Assembly: GCA_965237525.1 (NCBI GenBank)
Contig: CBDEFO010000008.1
Location: 1,632,001 to 1,696,000 of the forward strand
DNA length: 64,000 nucleotides
Direction of reading: 5' to 3'
Source of the DNA: Candidatus Latescibacterota bacterium
GTDB taxonomy: Bacteria; Latescibacterota; CBDEFO01
Shown here one piece after another: positions 50,935 through 62,700 of the stretch. Numbering within the stretch: position 1 is the stretch's first letter; every line of letters starts with the position of its first letter. Both the position numbers and the translations under genes were made by a program. The notes under the pieces were generated by a model that ran no database searches, was not told the origin of the DNA, and saw nothing but the letters and a program-made list of their open reading frames with translations.

Positions 50935-51839
50935 TTGACATTGTCCTTTACAAGGGTATCGAGGAACTCTTTGGATAGATATGATTCATAGTATATTTTT
51001 GGTCAAGAAGTGGGTTACCGTAATTCCACCAATATAACGAAATGTCAGAATGGGAATCAAGGAGAAAGTATCATTGGAGGACAAGAATTCCCATCATACA
51101 ACTATTGAGATAATTCGGGAGAAAATACTTGCACCGCGTGTCGAACTGTATTATCATATTTTGTGCATATATCGAACTTTGCATACACAATCTAGAAATA
51201 GCAGTCAAATCCAGAAATAGGTAATGTAGGGGCTGGGTAATCCAGCCCATTGAAGGCCCTCAGGGGTGTGTCCTCGACTGTGAAATTACCTCCAAGCCTG
51301 CGACCAGTGTAGATGAACCTGTACACGATAGCAGGGAAAGGAGACTCGATCTGGAAAGAAGGGGAAACGATTTTCGATTGAGCAAGTTCACCGGCTGGTC
51401 AGCAACGCGCAAACTGCGTTTTCACAACCCTTCCACGTTCGGCATCGTGGAGTTAGGGTAGAAGATAAGAAGAAGGGAATTCAATTTAGTGCTCTGTCAA
51501 CTCGAGGCAAAGTCTGTGTGATCTCATACTCAGGAGCTGCGCCTTATGGCATTCAGGTGCTTCCCAGAAGGACAAATGTACGGTTTAACCGTAGAAGAGA
51601 CGGGAATATAGAAGGATTTTCATAAAAGTTAAAGTCTTTGGATATGAGAAACAGAGTTTCACTCAAAGGGCTGCATATACGAACTTGGAATATCACACCG
51701 AAATGGAAAGATATGAGAAATAGTCGCGATATAGACAAGTTAGCCGCAAGCCACGCAGACCTCTTTACTGAATCCAAGGTATTCATGCGGGCGTCTATAA
51801 CCAAAGGATACAAAAACCTCAAACACGGAGCTACAGATC

Positions 51840-52934
51840 ATGGCACAACAGCATGAAGCAGAAATCCTCGTCTACATCGGAACTTCCACGAACGACCCAA
51901 GTGAAGGGATTTACGTCTATCGGCTAGATCCATCCTCAGGTGCCCTGGAATTTGCCAGCAAGGCCGCAGAAGTAGACAACCCCTTCTTTTTGACTATAGA
52001 TTCCCGGAAACGCTACCTTTACGCGGCCAACGGAGTCGAGGAGATTGACGGCCAGCCAGGCGGGGCTGTGAGCGTGTTCTCCATCGATTCAGAAACAGGG
52101 GAACTTACCTATTTAGATCAGCAGCTTTCAGGAGGATCCCTGCCATGCTATGTGCGTATCGAAAAGACCGGAAAATATCTACTTTCGGGGAATTATATGT
52201 CGGGTAGTGTGTCGGTTCTACCGATCTTAGAGGACGGTCGGCTGGGGCCGGCAACCGATACGGTCCAGCACGAAGGTTCCAGCGTCCACCCGCGGCAGGA
52301 GGGGCCTCATGTGCATTCCATCGTCCTGGATCCCGCCAGTCGCTTTGCTTTTGCGGCTGACCTTGGCATCGATAAAATTCTGATTTACCAGCTCGATTCG
52401 GCCCAGGGGAAACTAACGCCCAACGACCAGCCCTGGGTCCAGGTCCAGGCCGGCGCTGGGCCGCGCCATTTTGCCTTCCATCCGAATGGCCGGTACGCCT
52501 ATGTAATAAATGAGCTTGACAACACCTTTAACGTCTTCTCTTACGACGAAACGCACGGTACTCTTGCAGAGATTCAAACGATTTCTACCCTGCCCGAGGA
52601 TTTTACCGACACAAGTTACTGCGGGGATGTACAGATTTACCCGTCGGGAAAGTTTCTCTATGGCTCAAATCGCGGCCACGATAGCATCGCGATCTTCACA
52701 ATCGACGAAGCCACGGGCAAACTCAGCTCTGCCGGTCATGAGTCTACGCAGGGCCATTTTCCCTGGAACCTTGGCGTTGACCCAACGCATACGTTCTTGC
52801 TGGTCACCAATCAGGGCAGCGACACCGTCGTGGTATTTCGCATCGATCAGCAGACAGGACAGCTTATGTCAACAGGTCAGGTGATAGAGGTACCCAAGCC
52901 CGTATGTGTGAAGATGATGCACTGGTCCTCGTAA
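51840..52934 (+). CDS. pgl: 6-phosphogluconolactonase (Pgl/YbhE beta-propeller lactonase)
   Basis: VYIGT, RQEGPHVHS, ADLGID, GAGPRH, YVINEL, YGSNRGHDSI. Confidence 0.88.
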   Translation: MAQQHEAEILVYIGTSTNDPSEGIYVYRLDPSSGALEFASKAAEVDNPFFLTIDSRKRYLYAANGVEEIDGQPGGAVSVFSIDSETGELTYLDQQLSGGSLPCYVRIEKTGKYLLSGNYMSGSVSVLPILEDGRLGPATDTVQHEGSSVHPRQEGPHVHSIVLDPASRFAFAADLGIDKILIYQLDSAQGKLTPNDQPWVQVQAGAGPRHFAFHPNGRYAYVINELDNTFNVFSYDETHGTLAEIQTISTLPEDFTDTSYCGDVQIYPSGKFLYGSNRGHDSIAIFTIDEATGKLSSAGHESTQGHFPWNLGVDPTHTFLLVTNQGSDTVVVFRIDQQTGQLMSTGQVIEVPKPVCVKMMHWSS

Positions 52935-53292
52935 CGATATAGTGGATTGATAGAGAGCAGCGGCGGATGCTGGATACCATTCTTTAGATATGTTGGCAGT
53001 GGCCAAGACAGGGTGTACGCTGCGCGCCATGCTGCGCTTGGCCTGCGGGAACAGCTACGCAGGTCGCGTAGCCAACGCAAGTTGTGCGCCATGTCAGCCA
53101 TACCCAAAAAGATCGGCCCTGTCCTGAGGACGAGCATAGCGATTCCGGTCAGATCTTTACCCTGTGAATTAGTATTGTATCCTGCCGGCGTTTTGTCCAG
53201 GCACCCCGGATGGCCTTAATTGAACTCTTCGTATTCAGGTGGTGGAAATAGTCGCCTTATGTGTTTATATTGACCTACTTTCTTCTTGTCTT

Positions 53293-54063
53293 CTACCTGA
53301 ACTCCACGACACCGAACCTGGAAGGGTCATGAAACCCCACCTTATGCGTTGCTGACCATCCGGTGAACTCGGTCAACGGAAAATCGTTTCCCTCCGCTTT
53401 TGCCCTTAAACCTCCTTTCCTCTCTACCCTGTAGAGATTCAATCTCCATTGGTCGCCCTCATGGGGAGGGACGTTTACGGAGGCGGCTATATCCCCGAAG
53501 GCCTTCCAGGGGATGGCTATCTCCACGTTCCACCCAGTGTCTGTGTCATCTGGATCGTTGACCGTTCCGAACGGCATGACAGCCGTCTCAAGTCCCACGA
53601 TGTCCCAGTCCGCATCCGCCTGCCAAGGTGATGTCGTTATGACCTTCAAATCGAAAATAACGTTTAGAGGATTGACCTCCAGTTCTAAGTAGTTTTTCCC
53701 GTCGCCGTCTGGGTCTATGAATACCTCTGCGACCTCCTCAGTTGGCAACCCAGTAGTGTCCTCGACGGTCATAGTTGTCCACATCTCGGGGTCTTGGCAG
53801 GAGAAGGATACATATAGATTTTCCTCGTCCCAAAGTAGAGATGCCTCCGTATGACGCTCGATATCCGGGTAGTTGGAAAGGATCCTTTCGAAATCTCCCA
53901 CCCTTCGGGCGATTGCCCACGAGAACTCGTCAAAAATACCGTCTATCTTTATCTTTTCGGAAGTCTTGGAGCAGATATAGTGCTTAACGCCAGCAGGACC
54001 TGCCTCGGCAAAGCCGCAGAAAGGTACCATAAGGCCTAATAAGGCTGTGATGAATCGGTACAT
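53293..54063 (-). CDS. Secreted CBM9-like carbohydrate-binding family protein
   Basis: Signal peptide; IDGIFDE..W, LWDEENLYV, EVFIDPDGDG, WNVEIAIPW, WRLNLYR, FHDP.RFG. Confidence 0.8.
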   Translation of the reverse strand: MYRFITALLGLMVPFCGFAEAGPAGVKHYICSKTSEKIKIDGIFDEFSWAIARRVGDFERILSNYPDIERHTEASLLWDEENLYVSFSCQDPEMWTTMTVEDTTGLPTEEVAEVFIDPDGDGKNYLELEVNPLNVIFDLKVITTSPWQADADWDIVGLETAVMPFGTVNDPDDTDTGWNVEIAIPWKAFGDIAASVNVPPHEGDQWRLNLYRVERKGGLRAKAEGNDFPLTEFTGWSATHKVGFHDPSRFGVVEFR

Positions 54064-54484
54064 AGTTACCTCCCTTGAAATGGCCTTCTCAAAAGTATCA
54101 GATTTGACTTTGGAAGTGTTAATGGTGAAATTGCAATGATTTCCAACGGCATCTGGAGATTACTGTTACACAATATTCTCATATTGCTGGTGCCTACGCT
54201 GACATTTATGCGGACCCCTCAAATAATTGTGACATATTTTGTCACAAGAGCCTTAGACTGTATAATTACACGGTATACATATCTTATATATAAACTTTTC
54301 TATCATATTCAGGGCAGTTTTCGAGTCGTATTACGCACTTTCAGCTTGACCTCTCAGTGCTTCAGACATATCTTACAGGATACCCAGCGACAATACTTAT
54401 CGTCTGATGTTGGACACAACAGGATGTGTTGCTAGAAAAGGGATTGCAGGCCTTCAAAATTTCTGCTGTAGTACTATGCAAATT

Positions 54485-55758
54485 TGTACTGCCCCCCTGG
54501 AAAGCGACATCAATTAAGCAACTTGGGGTAGTAGATAGAATTGTTTTCTCCACTCTTCTGGGGTCTTATATCCCAAGGATGAATGAAGCCTGTTGTTGTT
54601 GTAATTATCGATCCACTGAGATATGATCTTCTCAGCCTGTTCAAAGGATTCAAAATTGTGAAGCCAAACACACTCTTGCTTGAGGGTCCTGAAAAAACGC
54701 TCTACAACACCGTTCCAATCGGGCTTACCACTTGGTATGTACTCCTGACGAATTCCCCAATATTCGGTACTGGCCAAATAGGTCCGAGACAAAAAGATGG
54801 AGCCGTTGTCAGAGCGCAAAGTGAGACCCTGGGGGACAGCCTCTTTGGAGGTGTATCGAGAGATCACGGCCCGATCCAGGGCATCTGTGGCCTCCAGTGC
54901 GCTCCCTCTTCGACTAAAACGATACCCGGGAACCTCCCGACTCCCGTTGTCCACCACCACAATAAGAGGACACCAACCGTCTTTTCCACAATAGATCTTG
55001 GTCAAGTCAGCCGACCAGAGACTGTCAGGACGATCCATCACAGAACGCTTCTGGGCAACCTGTGGCCTCTTTCTCCCGGGGTCCCCGATTGATTCTATCG
55101 GGGATTCCACAGCTTACACTGCCACCCCCTAAGCTTGATTATCCTATGAACCTTCTTGATGTTGACACATTCCCCTTCCTTGAAACGAAGATGCGCCCAA
55201 ACCCGCCTGTGACCAAATGCCTCCTCTTGGTCGAGTATCCCTCGAACACGAAAAGCAAGCTGTTCATCTATCACAGACTCTTCGACAGAAGAACTGACAC
55301 CTCTATACCTAAGCCTATACAGAGTCGAACGATGCAAACCCAAAGCTACCACCTTCCGGGAATAGCCTCGACCCAAAAACCGCTCACTCAAGGCAACCGC
55401 TTTTTTAGACGGGCTACCTCCTCGAGTATCTCCAACTGGAGGGTTAAGTGCCCTACCTTACGCTCCAACCGGCTGACCTCCCACTCCTTCAGATCCTTGC
55501 GACCACGCCGAGACTTCAGACTCTCCTGGCCTCCTTCCAGGAAACTATCACGCCAAGCATACGCCTGTGACTGCCTAATTCCATTCTTCCGACACACCTC
55601 TGATACATTCGCTCCTTTCAAAACAGCCAACACCACCTCTACCTTACGGGTCGCCGTCCAGCGCTTACCATCTTTCACTTCGGGGCTTGACAATTTGACC
55701 TCCCTTCTCAAACCCCAATTTGCGAAATATTTGTCGCTCTGTCAAGGGGAGCGGTATG
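54485..55758 (-). mobile_element. IS3-family element copy 1, orfB disrupted by the 21-bp palindrome
   Basis: orfA 55388..55711; AAAAAAG slip site 55400..55406; orfB pieces 55095..55391 and 54514..55110 (WSAD, SDNG, ERFFRTLK, HSSLGY); 3-bp target duplication ATT. Confidence 0.9.
55083..55103 (+). repeat. 21-bp palindrome, copy 8 (inside IS3 orfB)
   Basis: ccccgattgattctatcgggg; absent from IS3 copy 2. Confidence 0.93.
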
Positions 55759-55790
55759 ATTTAGGCTTCTATACAAAGAAAAGTTCGTAA

Positions 55791-57487
55791 TTAATATGTC
55801 AACGGATGTTTGGGCAGTGATAAAGTCCTCAAAAGGCTGAAACTAACCTGGAACTTGATTGGATCGATTTTCCAAGGTGTAGGATTATGAATCTCACCAC
55901 GTAGCCCAATGCGTACCTTCACATTTATAGACTTAACTACGTTCCAAGAAAAGGGGACTATCCCTCCACTTACTGCAAAGTGATTTTTCTTTGTAAATAC
56001 TCCTCCCCATGCCAATCCTGTATACAATCCTCGATTGCTGCCGCGAAAGGAAGTGTAGGTTATTCCGAAGTCACGGAAGAAGTCACGGATCTTGACATCC
56101 TTGCCCTTATTGGAGATATCGGTGATATCACTGTCGAAATAAAGTTCTACAGTACTAGTAGGTGGTATCAGGGACTTAATTATCGGAATATTATTAATTA
56201 TCGTGTTGACTAGGGCGTTTGGAGACCCAATTGTCCAATGAACCCCCCACTTTCAGTTTTTGCAGTGACTCCGATAGCCCGAAGCGGGAACAACCACAAC
56301 TTGAAAATATCATTTGGATGTTTATGGTCGTTATGCTTCCAAAGAGCACGATGCTTATTTATTCTCTTGGGCCATTCTCTCATTTTTTTGAACGCGGTAG
56401 GGACGATTTTAACTTTTTTGAGCTGGAACTTTTCGTCTTTACCCCAAAAACAGGATTTATGTTCCTCAAGAAATTTTTCAGTCTCAGTCAATGAGCTATC
56501 AAAGTCTACTATTTCAAGCAGATTATAAAGCTCACACATATCCTCTAGAGGGAACAATTCATATGTCCATCCATATGCCTTGTCGAATTTGGAGTCAATC
56601 TGTTCCTCATAATCCCTCATATAGTCACCAAAATAGTGCGACGACTGCCACGACTCCTCGAAAATAAGTGTACTGCCATCACGAGGAAACGAATACCACT
56701 GTCTAAATTTCCCGATTTTAGTCTCACCGCTCACTGTCATCACATCTCGCGACCCCCAGGTATCCTCGGCAAAAAGATTGGCATCCATACCCAAATCAAA
56801 GCACCCATCGAAGGTTCTATCTGGCGCACTGGCGTGTTTACCAAGCTCTACGAGTATGGGTATATGTTTGGGTAATTCTTTAGGCAATTTCCGGTCGACC
56901 TTTAATTCACGGCCAACGACCAAAACATTGTTCGCAGTGGCTCCCGTATGTCCGGCTCCGACTATCCCTCTAACTTTCCCATCGTCTTTATCTACGAATA
57001 CGAAAGCATGTTCACTATCATCGTTGTGGGCGTTCAATCCCTGATCATATAGGTAATAGAACCAATATTGGTAGACGTCTGTCGTAGGTACATTCTTAAA
57101 TTCTTTGGGGCCGGAATAGATAGCTCTCCTTGGGGGCTTCTGCGGCTCTTGCGGCGGTAGAGAATCATATTCGGGTAAACCTTCGAACCGCTCGATTAAC
57201 TTAAGAAGCTTCTTCTTGTCCTCTATGTTAATTTCGTTGGGATCCTCAAGGTCTATGTAACCATGACCGTCATTATCTATCCCATCGAACGCAAACGTAT
57301 GAGGCAGAGTAGGATACACACCCTCGTCTTTAGCAAGACACAGTATCGGTGCGTACTGTTTTATAGAGTCTAATTCCGTATGTTTGGAATTTTCACCTCC
57401 ATACGCTGCGAAACTGAATGATAACATCCCAGCTAATACACAGATGACTCGTAATGCGATAAACTGTCCTTTGTGATTTACACTCAT
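55791..57487 (-). pseudogene. Secreted hypothetical protein split by one frameshift near 56245
   Basis: ORF 56210..57487 has a signal peptide and YAPIL..., QYWFYYLYD, HNDDSEH motifs; a second frame is open from about 56250 to 55791. Confidence 0.6.
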
Positions 57488-57602
57488 CGTTCAAACCTCG
57501 TTTCTGACTTACTTTTTAACTCGACCAAATGCACAATCTTTTCATACTTGTGTTCCCTTGGCTTTTCTACAAACTTGCCAAGGATCTGCTTCCTCTTTAT
57601 TA

Positions 57603-57723
57603 GCCTAATTCGCCTCTCCTAAGTTTCATCCACTGAACTCGAAGCTCCGATTTTGGACACGGTGTAGGCACCAAAGCCAAAACGGGCTACAACCTAATCG
57701 TTGCAACCCGTTGTTTGTTATGG
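57603..57723 (-). other. Degenerate attC-like site
   Basis: Minus strand CCATAAC ... gcccgttttgg/ccaaaatcggagc hairpin ... ATTAGGC. Confidence 0.4.
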
Positions 57724-57729
57724 TGGGCG

Positions 57730-58995
57730 CATACCGCTCCCCTTGACAGAGCGACAAATATTTCGCAAATTGGGGTTTGAGAAGGGAGGTCAAATTGTCA
57801 AGCCCCGAAGTGAAAGATGGTAAGCGCTGGACGGCGACCCGTAAGGTAGAGGTGGTGTTGGCTGTTTTGAAAGGAGCGAATGTATCAGAGGTGTGTCGGA
57901 AGAATGGAATTAGGCAGTCACAGGCGTATGCTTGGCGTGATAGTTTCTTAGAAGGAGGCCAGGAGAGTCTGAAGTCTCGGCGTGGTCGCAAGGATCCGAA
58001 GGAGCGGGAGGTTAGCCGGTTGGAGCGTAAGGTAGGGCAGTTAACCCTCCAGTTGGAGATACTCGAGGAGGTAGCCCGTCTAAAAAAAACGAAGCGGTTG
58101 CCTTGAGTGGGCGGTTTTGGGTCGAGGCTATTCCCACAAGGTGGTAGCTATGGCTTTGGCTTTGCATCGTTCGACTCTGTATAGGCTCAGGGATAGAGGT
58201 GTCAGTTCTTCTGTCGAAGAGTCTGTGATAGATGAACAGCTTGCTTTTCGTGTTCGAGGGATACTCGACCAAGAAGAGGCATTTGGTCACAGGCGGGTTT
58301 GGGCGCATCTTCGTTTCAAGGAAGGGGCATGTGTCAACATCAAGAAGGTTCAAAGGATAATGAAGCTTAAGGGGTGGCAGTGTAGGCTGTGGAATCGTAC
58401 CGGGAGAAAGGGGCCACAGGTTGCCCAGAAGCGTTCTGTGATGGATCGTCCTGACAGTCTCTGGTCGGCTGACTTGACCAAGATCTATTGTGGAAAAGAC
58501 GGTTGGTGTCCTCTTATTGCGGTGGTGGACAACGGGAGTCGGGAGGTTCCCGGGTATCGTTTTAGTCGAAGAGGGAGGGCACTGGAGGCCACAGATGCCC
58601 TGGATCGGGCCGTGATCTCTCGATACACTTCCAAGGAGGCTGTCCCCCAGGGTCTCACTTTGCGCTCTGACAATGGTTCCATCTTTTTGGCTCGGGACCT
58701 ATTTGGCCAGTACCGAATATTGGGGAATTCGCCAGGAGTACATATCAAGTGGTAAGCCCGATTGGAACGGTGTTGTAGAGCGTTTTTCAGGACCCCTCAA
58801 GCAAGAGTGTGTTTGGCTTCACAATTTTGAATCCTTTCAACAGGCTGAGAAGATCATATCTCAGTGGATCGATAATTACAACAACAACAGGCTTCATTCA
58901 TCCCTGGGATATAAGACCCCGGAAGAGTGGAGAAAACAATTCTATCTACTACACCAGGTTGCTTAATTGATGTCGCTTTCCAGGGGGGCAGTACA
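57730..58995 (+). mobile_element. IS3-family element copy 2, orfB frameshifted
   Basis: Near-identical to copy 1 in opposite orientation; orfA 57777..58106; extra G at about 58694; ends CATACCGCTCCCC / GGGGGGCAGTACA; no target duplication. Confidence 0.9.
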
Positions 58996-59650
58996 GGTCC
59001 CGTCTTTCGAGAGCGTCCCTGGACTCAACGGCAACGTAGCAGTCGCGAATGTTCCTGTCCTCGCAGAACCTCGTCGTCAGCCTCTCCTCCCACACGCTGG
59101 GCACCAAGATCAGGACGGTGCCGGGACGTCGGCTGTAGTCGTACTCCGCTATGGCCCTCAGCCGGTCGTAGAGTGACCGGCGACGCAGGGCCAGGCCCTG
59201 GCGCACCACGCCGAAGCTGCGGCCGTCGTCGAGGGTGATGGTAGCGTCGAAGCGCCCCCTGCGGTGGAACTCCACGCGGGACAGCAGCCCCTCGATGCCG
59301 GGAGACATCGAGGCGGCCAGTCGGTAGACTGCGGCCACCGCGTCCATTCTGCGGATGAGCAGCGTCAGCCACTCCCTGGACATGGGGTAGGCCCGCACGA
59401 AGTCCGAGGGAGTGTCGAAGCCGAGCGTCCAAGCGGCTTCGCCGATGCCCTTCGTCGTCAGGTGGTATCTCTGGCTGGATAGCAGGTGGACGGTCCCGTG
59501 GCTCACCCTCCCCACGATGCCCTCGGCCAGCAGGTCGGCCAGGGTTCGGTGGACCGTGGCGTGCGGCTCGCCTAGGATAAGCGCCAGCTCCGTCGAAGCG
59601 ACGAAGGCGTCCGGCTGAGGGCGTCGATCAGCTGTCCGTCGGTGAGGGCC
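58996..59650 (-). pseudogene. HTH-containing hypothetical protein, 3'-truncated by IS3 and frameshifted near its 5' end
   Basis: ELALILGEPHATVHRTLADLLAEGIV HTH-like segment; frame runs into the IS end; GC-rich. Confidence 0.5.
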
Positions 59651-59754
59651 ATAGTTCGGGCCTACCAAAGGCGTAGTTGTGGTCAGTAGCCGTGAAGATG
59701 ACCCGAGAGAACGATGCAGCCTCGCCCCGATGCCACAGTTCTGCTCTCCCAGGG

Positions 59755-62700
59755 TTACATCAACGCGGTACAGCGGTCCAGGAACTCACTCACGTTTGGC
59801 GTGAGGCGTACCCATCCGAGTGCACTAAGCAACTGTCGCTTGAGTTGCTCCTGATCTAGCTGAGAGTCCCTCTCGCGAAGGGACTTGAGCATCGCCGCGA
59901 CTTCATCGGGAGGAAGCTCGTCGAGCTCTCGAGAACCCCGTTGACGGACGTTAACGCTGGGTGTACCAGGAATTCGCAGCACGAGTTGCCCCTGACCTTG
60001 GACATTGAAGGGGTTCGTGGCAACTATGGTCCCCTCTCGGATCGCTGCTGCGCTGGCACGATTTAGCGTTCGCCGCACAGGACCAGTCAATCGTCGGCTC
60101 CCAGACGCTTGATTGATCACGCGATAAGCTCGAATGGCGACAACGGGACCTTCCTGTTCGACTACCTCCGTCAGTAGGGACACGAGATCGGCTTGGTCTG
60201 GAGCATTCCGCAGATTTGGAATGGTGCCTGCTGGTGTCCACCCCGCATATGGTACCAGCCAACTGGCCTTGCCTACGTCTTCCCCTGCTGGTTCGATAGT
60301 GATGCCAGAGAAAGTGTACTGAGATAGTGCGCCCTGGCCGACATCGGACCCAGGATCCGATGTACTGAGTCGACTTGCGGACTGCGGGGGCTTTTCTGAC
60401 TCCTCCTCCCTTGGTTCGGAATCGCGAGTCTTACTGCTCGGGTAGTCTGAGGGAAGCTCCCGATTTACCTTGCCACCGTTGGCGATTGCCCGGCTGTGGG
60501 TCTCCACGCCGTCCGAGGTGATACCAGCAGTGGCCCCGGTCAGCCCTCCCCGCGAGAGGGTCTCAGGATGCGTGCTTTCTTCTCCTGTACCTTGAGCGGC
60601 TTGATCATTCTCTACTACGGAAGCATCACCAGATTCGCGCACCGCCTGGGACATTTCTATGGGCGAGACGGTCGCTTTGCGGCCCACATTGTCCTGCGTC
60701 GTAGGAAAAACACTACGTCGTTCAAGCGTCTCCCAAAGGTTCGCAAGCGCCTCGTCGGGATCGAGACGGAACACGCTTTCCCGAACCCGCCAGAACTCCC
60801 AGCCGCAGCGTTCCAGATCACGCTGGCGTGCGGCATCTTCTTCGTACCGATCCGGCCCGTGCCACACATCACCGTCACACTCGACGGCTAGGCTCCCGTT
60901 CATGCCCTGCACGACGAGATCAATGCGATGGCCGCCGACCTCGTGCTGCGGAATCACTCGGTATCCGCGGCGGGCGATACGCAGGAACACGTCGAGTTCA
61001 AACCAACTGTCGAATGGCGACGGCTGGTTACCAAGCTCCCGGCGGGCTTGGAGCGCCATCCGCTCCAGTTCGGACACATCGAGCCCCGACGCAGGCGCCA
61101 TCGCCACTGTGGGGTTCAGACAGTATTCGAGGAGCTGACGACGCACGCAATCCTGACGCCCAGACAGGTCGTTGAGAGTTGCGCTGTGAAAGAGGTGAAT
61201 CTGGTCCCGCGCACGACTTGCCGCGACATTGAACCGCCGTTGCGCCGTCTGATCAGTCAACGCTGGGATGTTACGGCCCCCGTTTGGCGCGGAAACCATG
61301 CAGAGGAACATCACGCCGCGCTCGTCACCCTGGAAGGCATAGGCGTCACCGCATACAAGCTGGCGGCTCTCCATCTCCTCTGGCCCAATCTCGCGTAGCA
61401 GGCGCGTCTCGATCAAACGCGCTTGGGCGTCGCCGGGGAGACTGATAACGCCTATAGTCTTGCCGTCGTAGGCAGGGTTGTTGCAGATGGAGGCGATTTC
61501 CTCCACGACTGCCTCTGCTTCGGGTAGGTTCACTGCACGTCCTGCCGTGCCTTGCTGATAACCATCGGGCACGTGCCGTGTCGCGACCGGCGGTTCGAGA
61601 CGGCCTGCGCCGTACTGGCGTAGTGGGATCAACGGCTCGGCGGCATAGGACAGATTGTTTGAGAACTGGATAATCTCGGGCATACAGCGGAAGTGCTCCC
61701 GCAGCCGAATGCGGCCCTTGAAGAAGATTTCGGCGAGGTCGAAGAAGCTGCCTCCCTGTGCGCCGAAAGCGTCCGCGTGCGGAAGGTACCGGAGATAGCG
61801 GTCGCGGAGTTGATTGACGGCCTCGAAGTTGACGCCCGCATCCGTAGGGTGAATCTGCTTATCGTCACCAACGACCACAATCTTTTTCGCCAGCCAGGCC
61901 AGCAGCAGCGCCTCTGGACCAGACTGACTGGCCTCGTCGATAATGGCGATGTCGAAAAGGTCGGGCTCCTGCTGGATGGTCTCGGCCACGCGGTGGAGGG
62001 GCATAACCCAGGCCGGGATAGCGGTTCTGCACTTGTTGAGGTGTTCCCTCGCATCACGGCGGTGCTGGGGCGCGTACTTACCAGTTCCCTTTCCAATTCT
62101 GCGCATTGCCTGCTGCCATGCGAGCAAATGTCGCCGCTCGTCATCCGTCATGTGATCGAAGCAGTGCGCCCAAGCCTTTTCGGCCGGAGAGTTTCTCAAG
62201 AGTGCGAGACAGGGCTTGTTTCCTAGCGTCGAACTCCAACCGGTGTTGTTGCTCCGAATCCGGGGCGGCCAAGCGCGTGACCCAAGCATGCGCCCGGGAC
62301 CAATTCCAGGCACGCTCGAAGTCCGCGGCTCTCTCATCCCAGACGGTATCAGAAGGCATTGCTGTGAGCATTTCTGCCAGTCCGGGTGCTCCAGCCGTCA
62401 ACGTACTAAGCAACGTCAATTTGCGGTCAAGCTGTGCTGCCAGTTCAAGATTGCCTGCTGCTCGCTTACGCGCGGTCGTGTAAGTCGATGTGTCGCGGTT
62501 CGTGACGGCAACTGCCAACTGTTCCACTACAGGGTCTAGTTGGCCTCGACTGCGTTGAGCACGCAGTTCTTCAATCACCCGATCAATTTGGTCGCGGGCG
62601 GCCTCATACCGCTGCGCTACCTCGAATGCGGCGAGGGCATCGCTTAGGCGATCCTAACGAAGTACGGTCCGACCAATCGGGTTCTGAGGTCCCAGGCATG

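Noticed and set aside
52935..53095. attC after pgl (hairpin ending GTTGTGC)
   Set aside because: No convincing inverse core site or complementary upstream core site
54227..54247. TTGTGACA-N5-TGTCACAA palindrome as a CRP or Rex site
   Set aside because: Spacing fits neither consensus; could be another operator or an IS-end remnant, not supportable
9375..55103. CRISPR array from the recurring 21-bp palindrome
   Set aside because: Copies are kilobases apart, in both orientations, with no regular spacers and no cas genes
54485..58995. Composite transposon formed by the two inverted IS3 copies
   Set aside because: Copy 1 has its own ATT duplication and the outer flanks (att / ggt) do not match, so the insertions were independent
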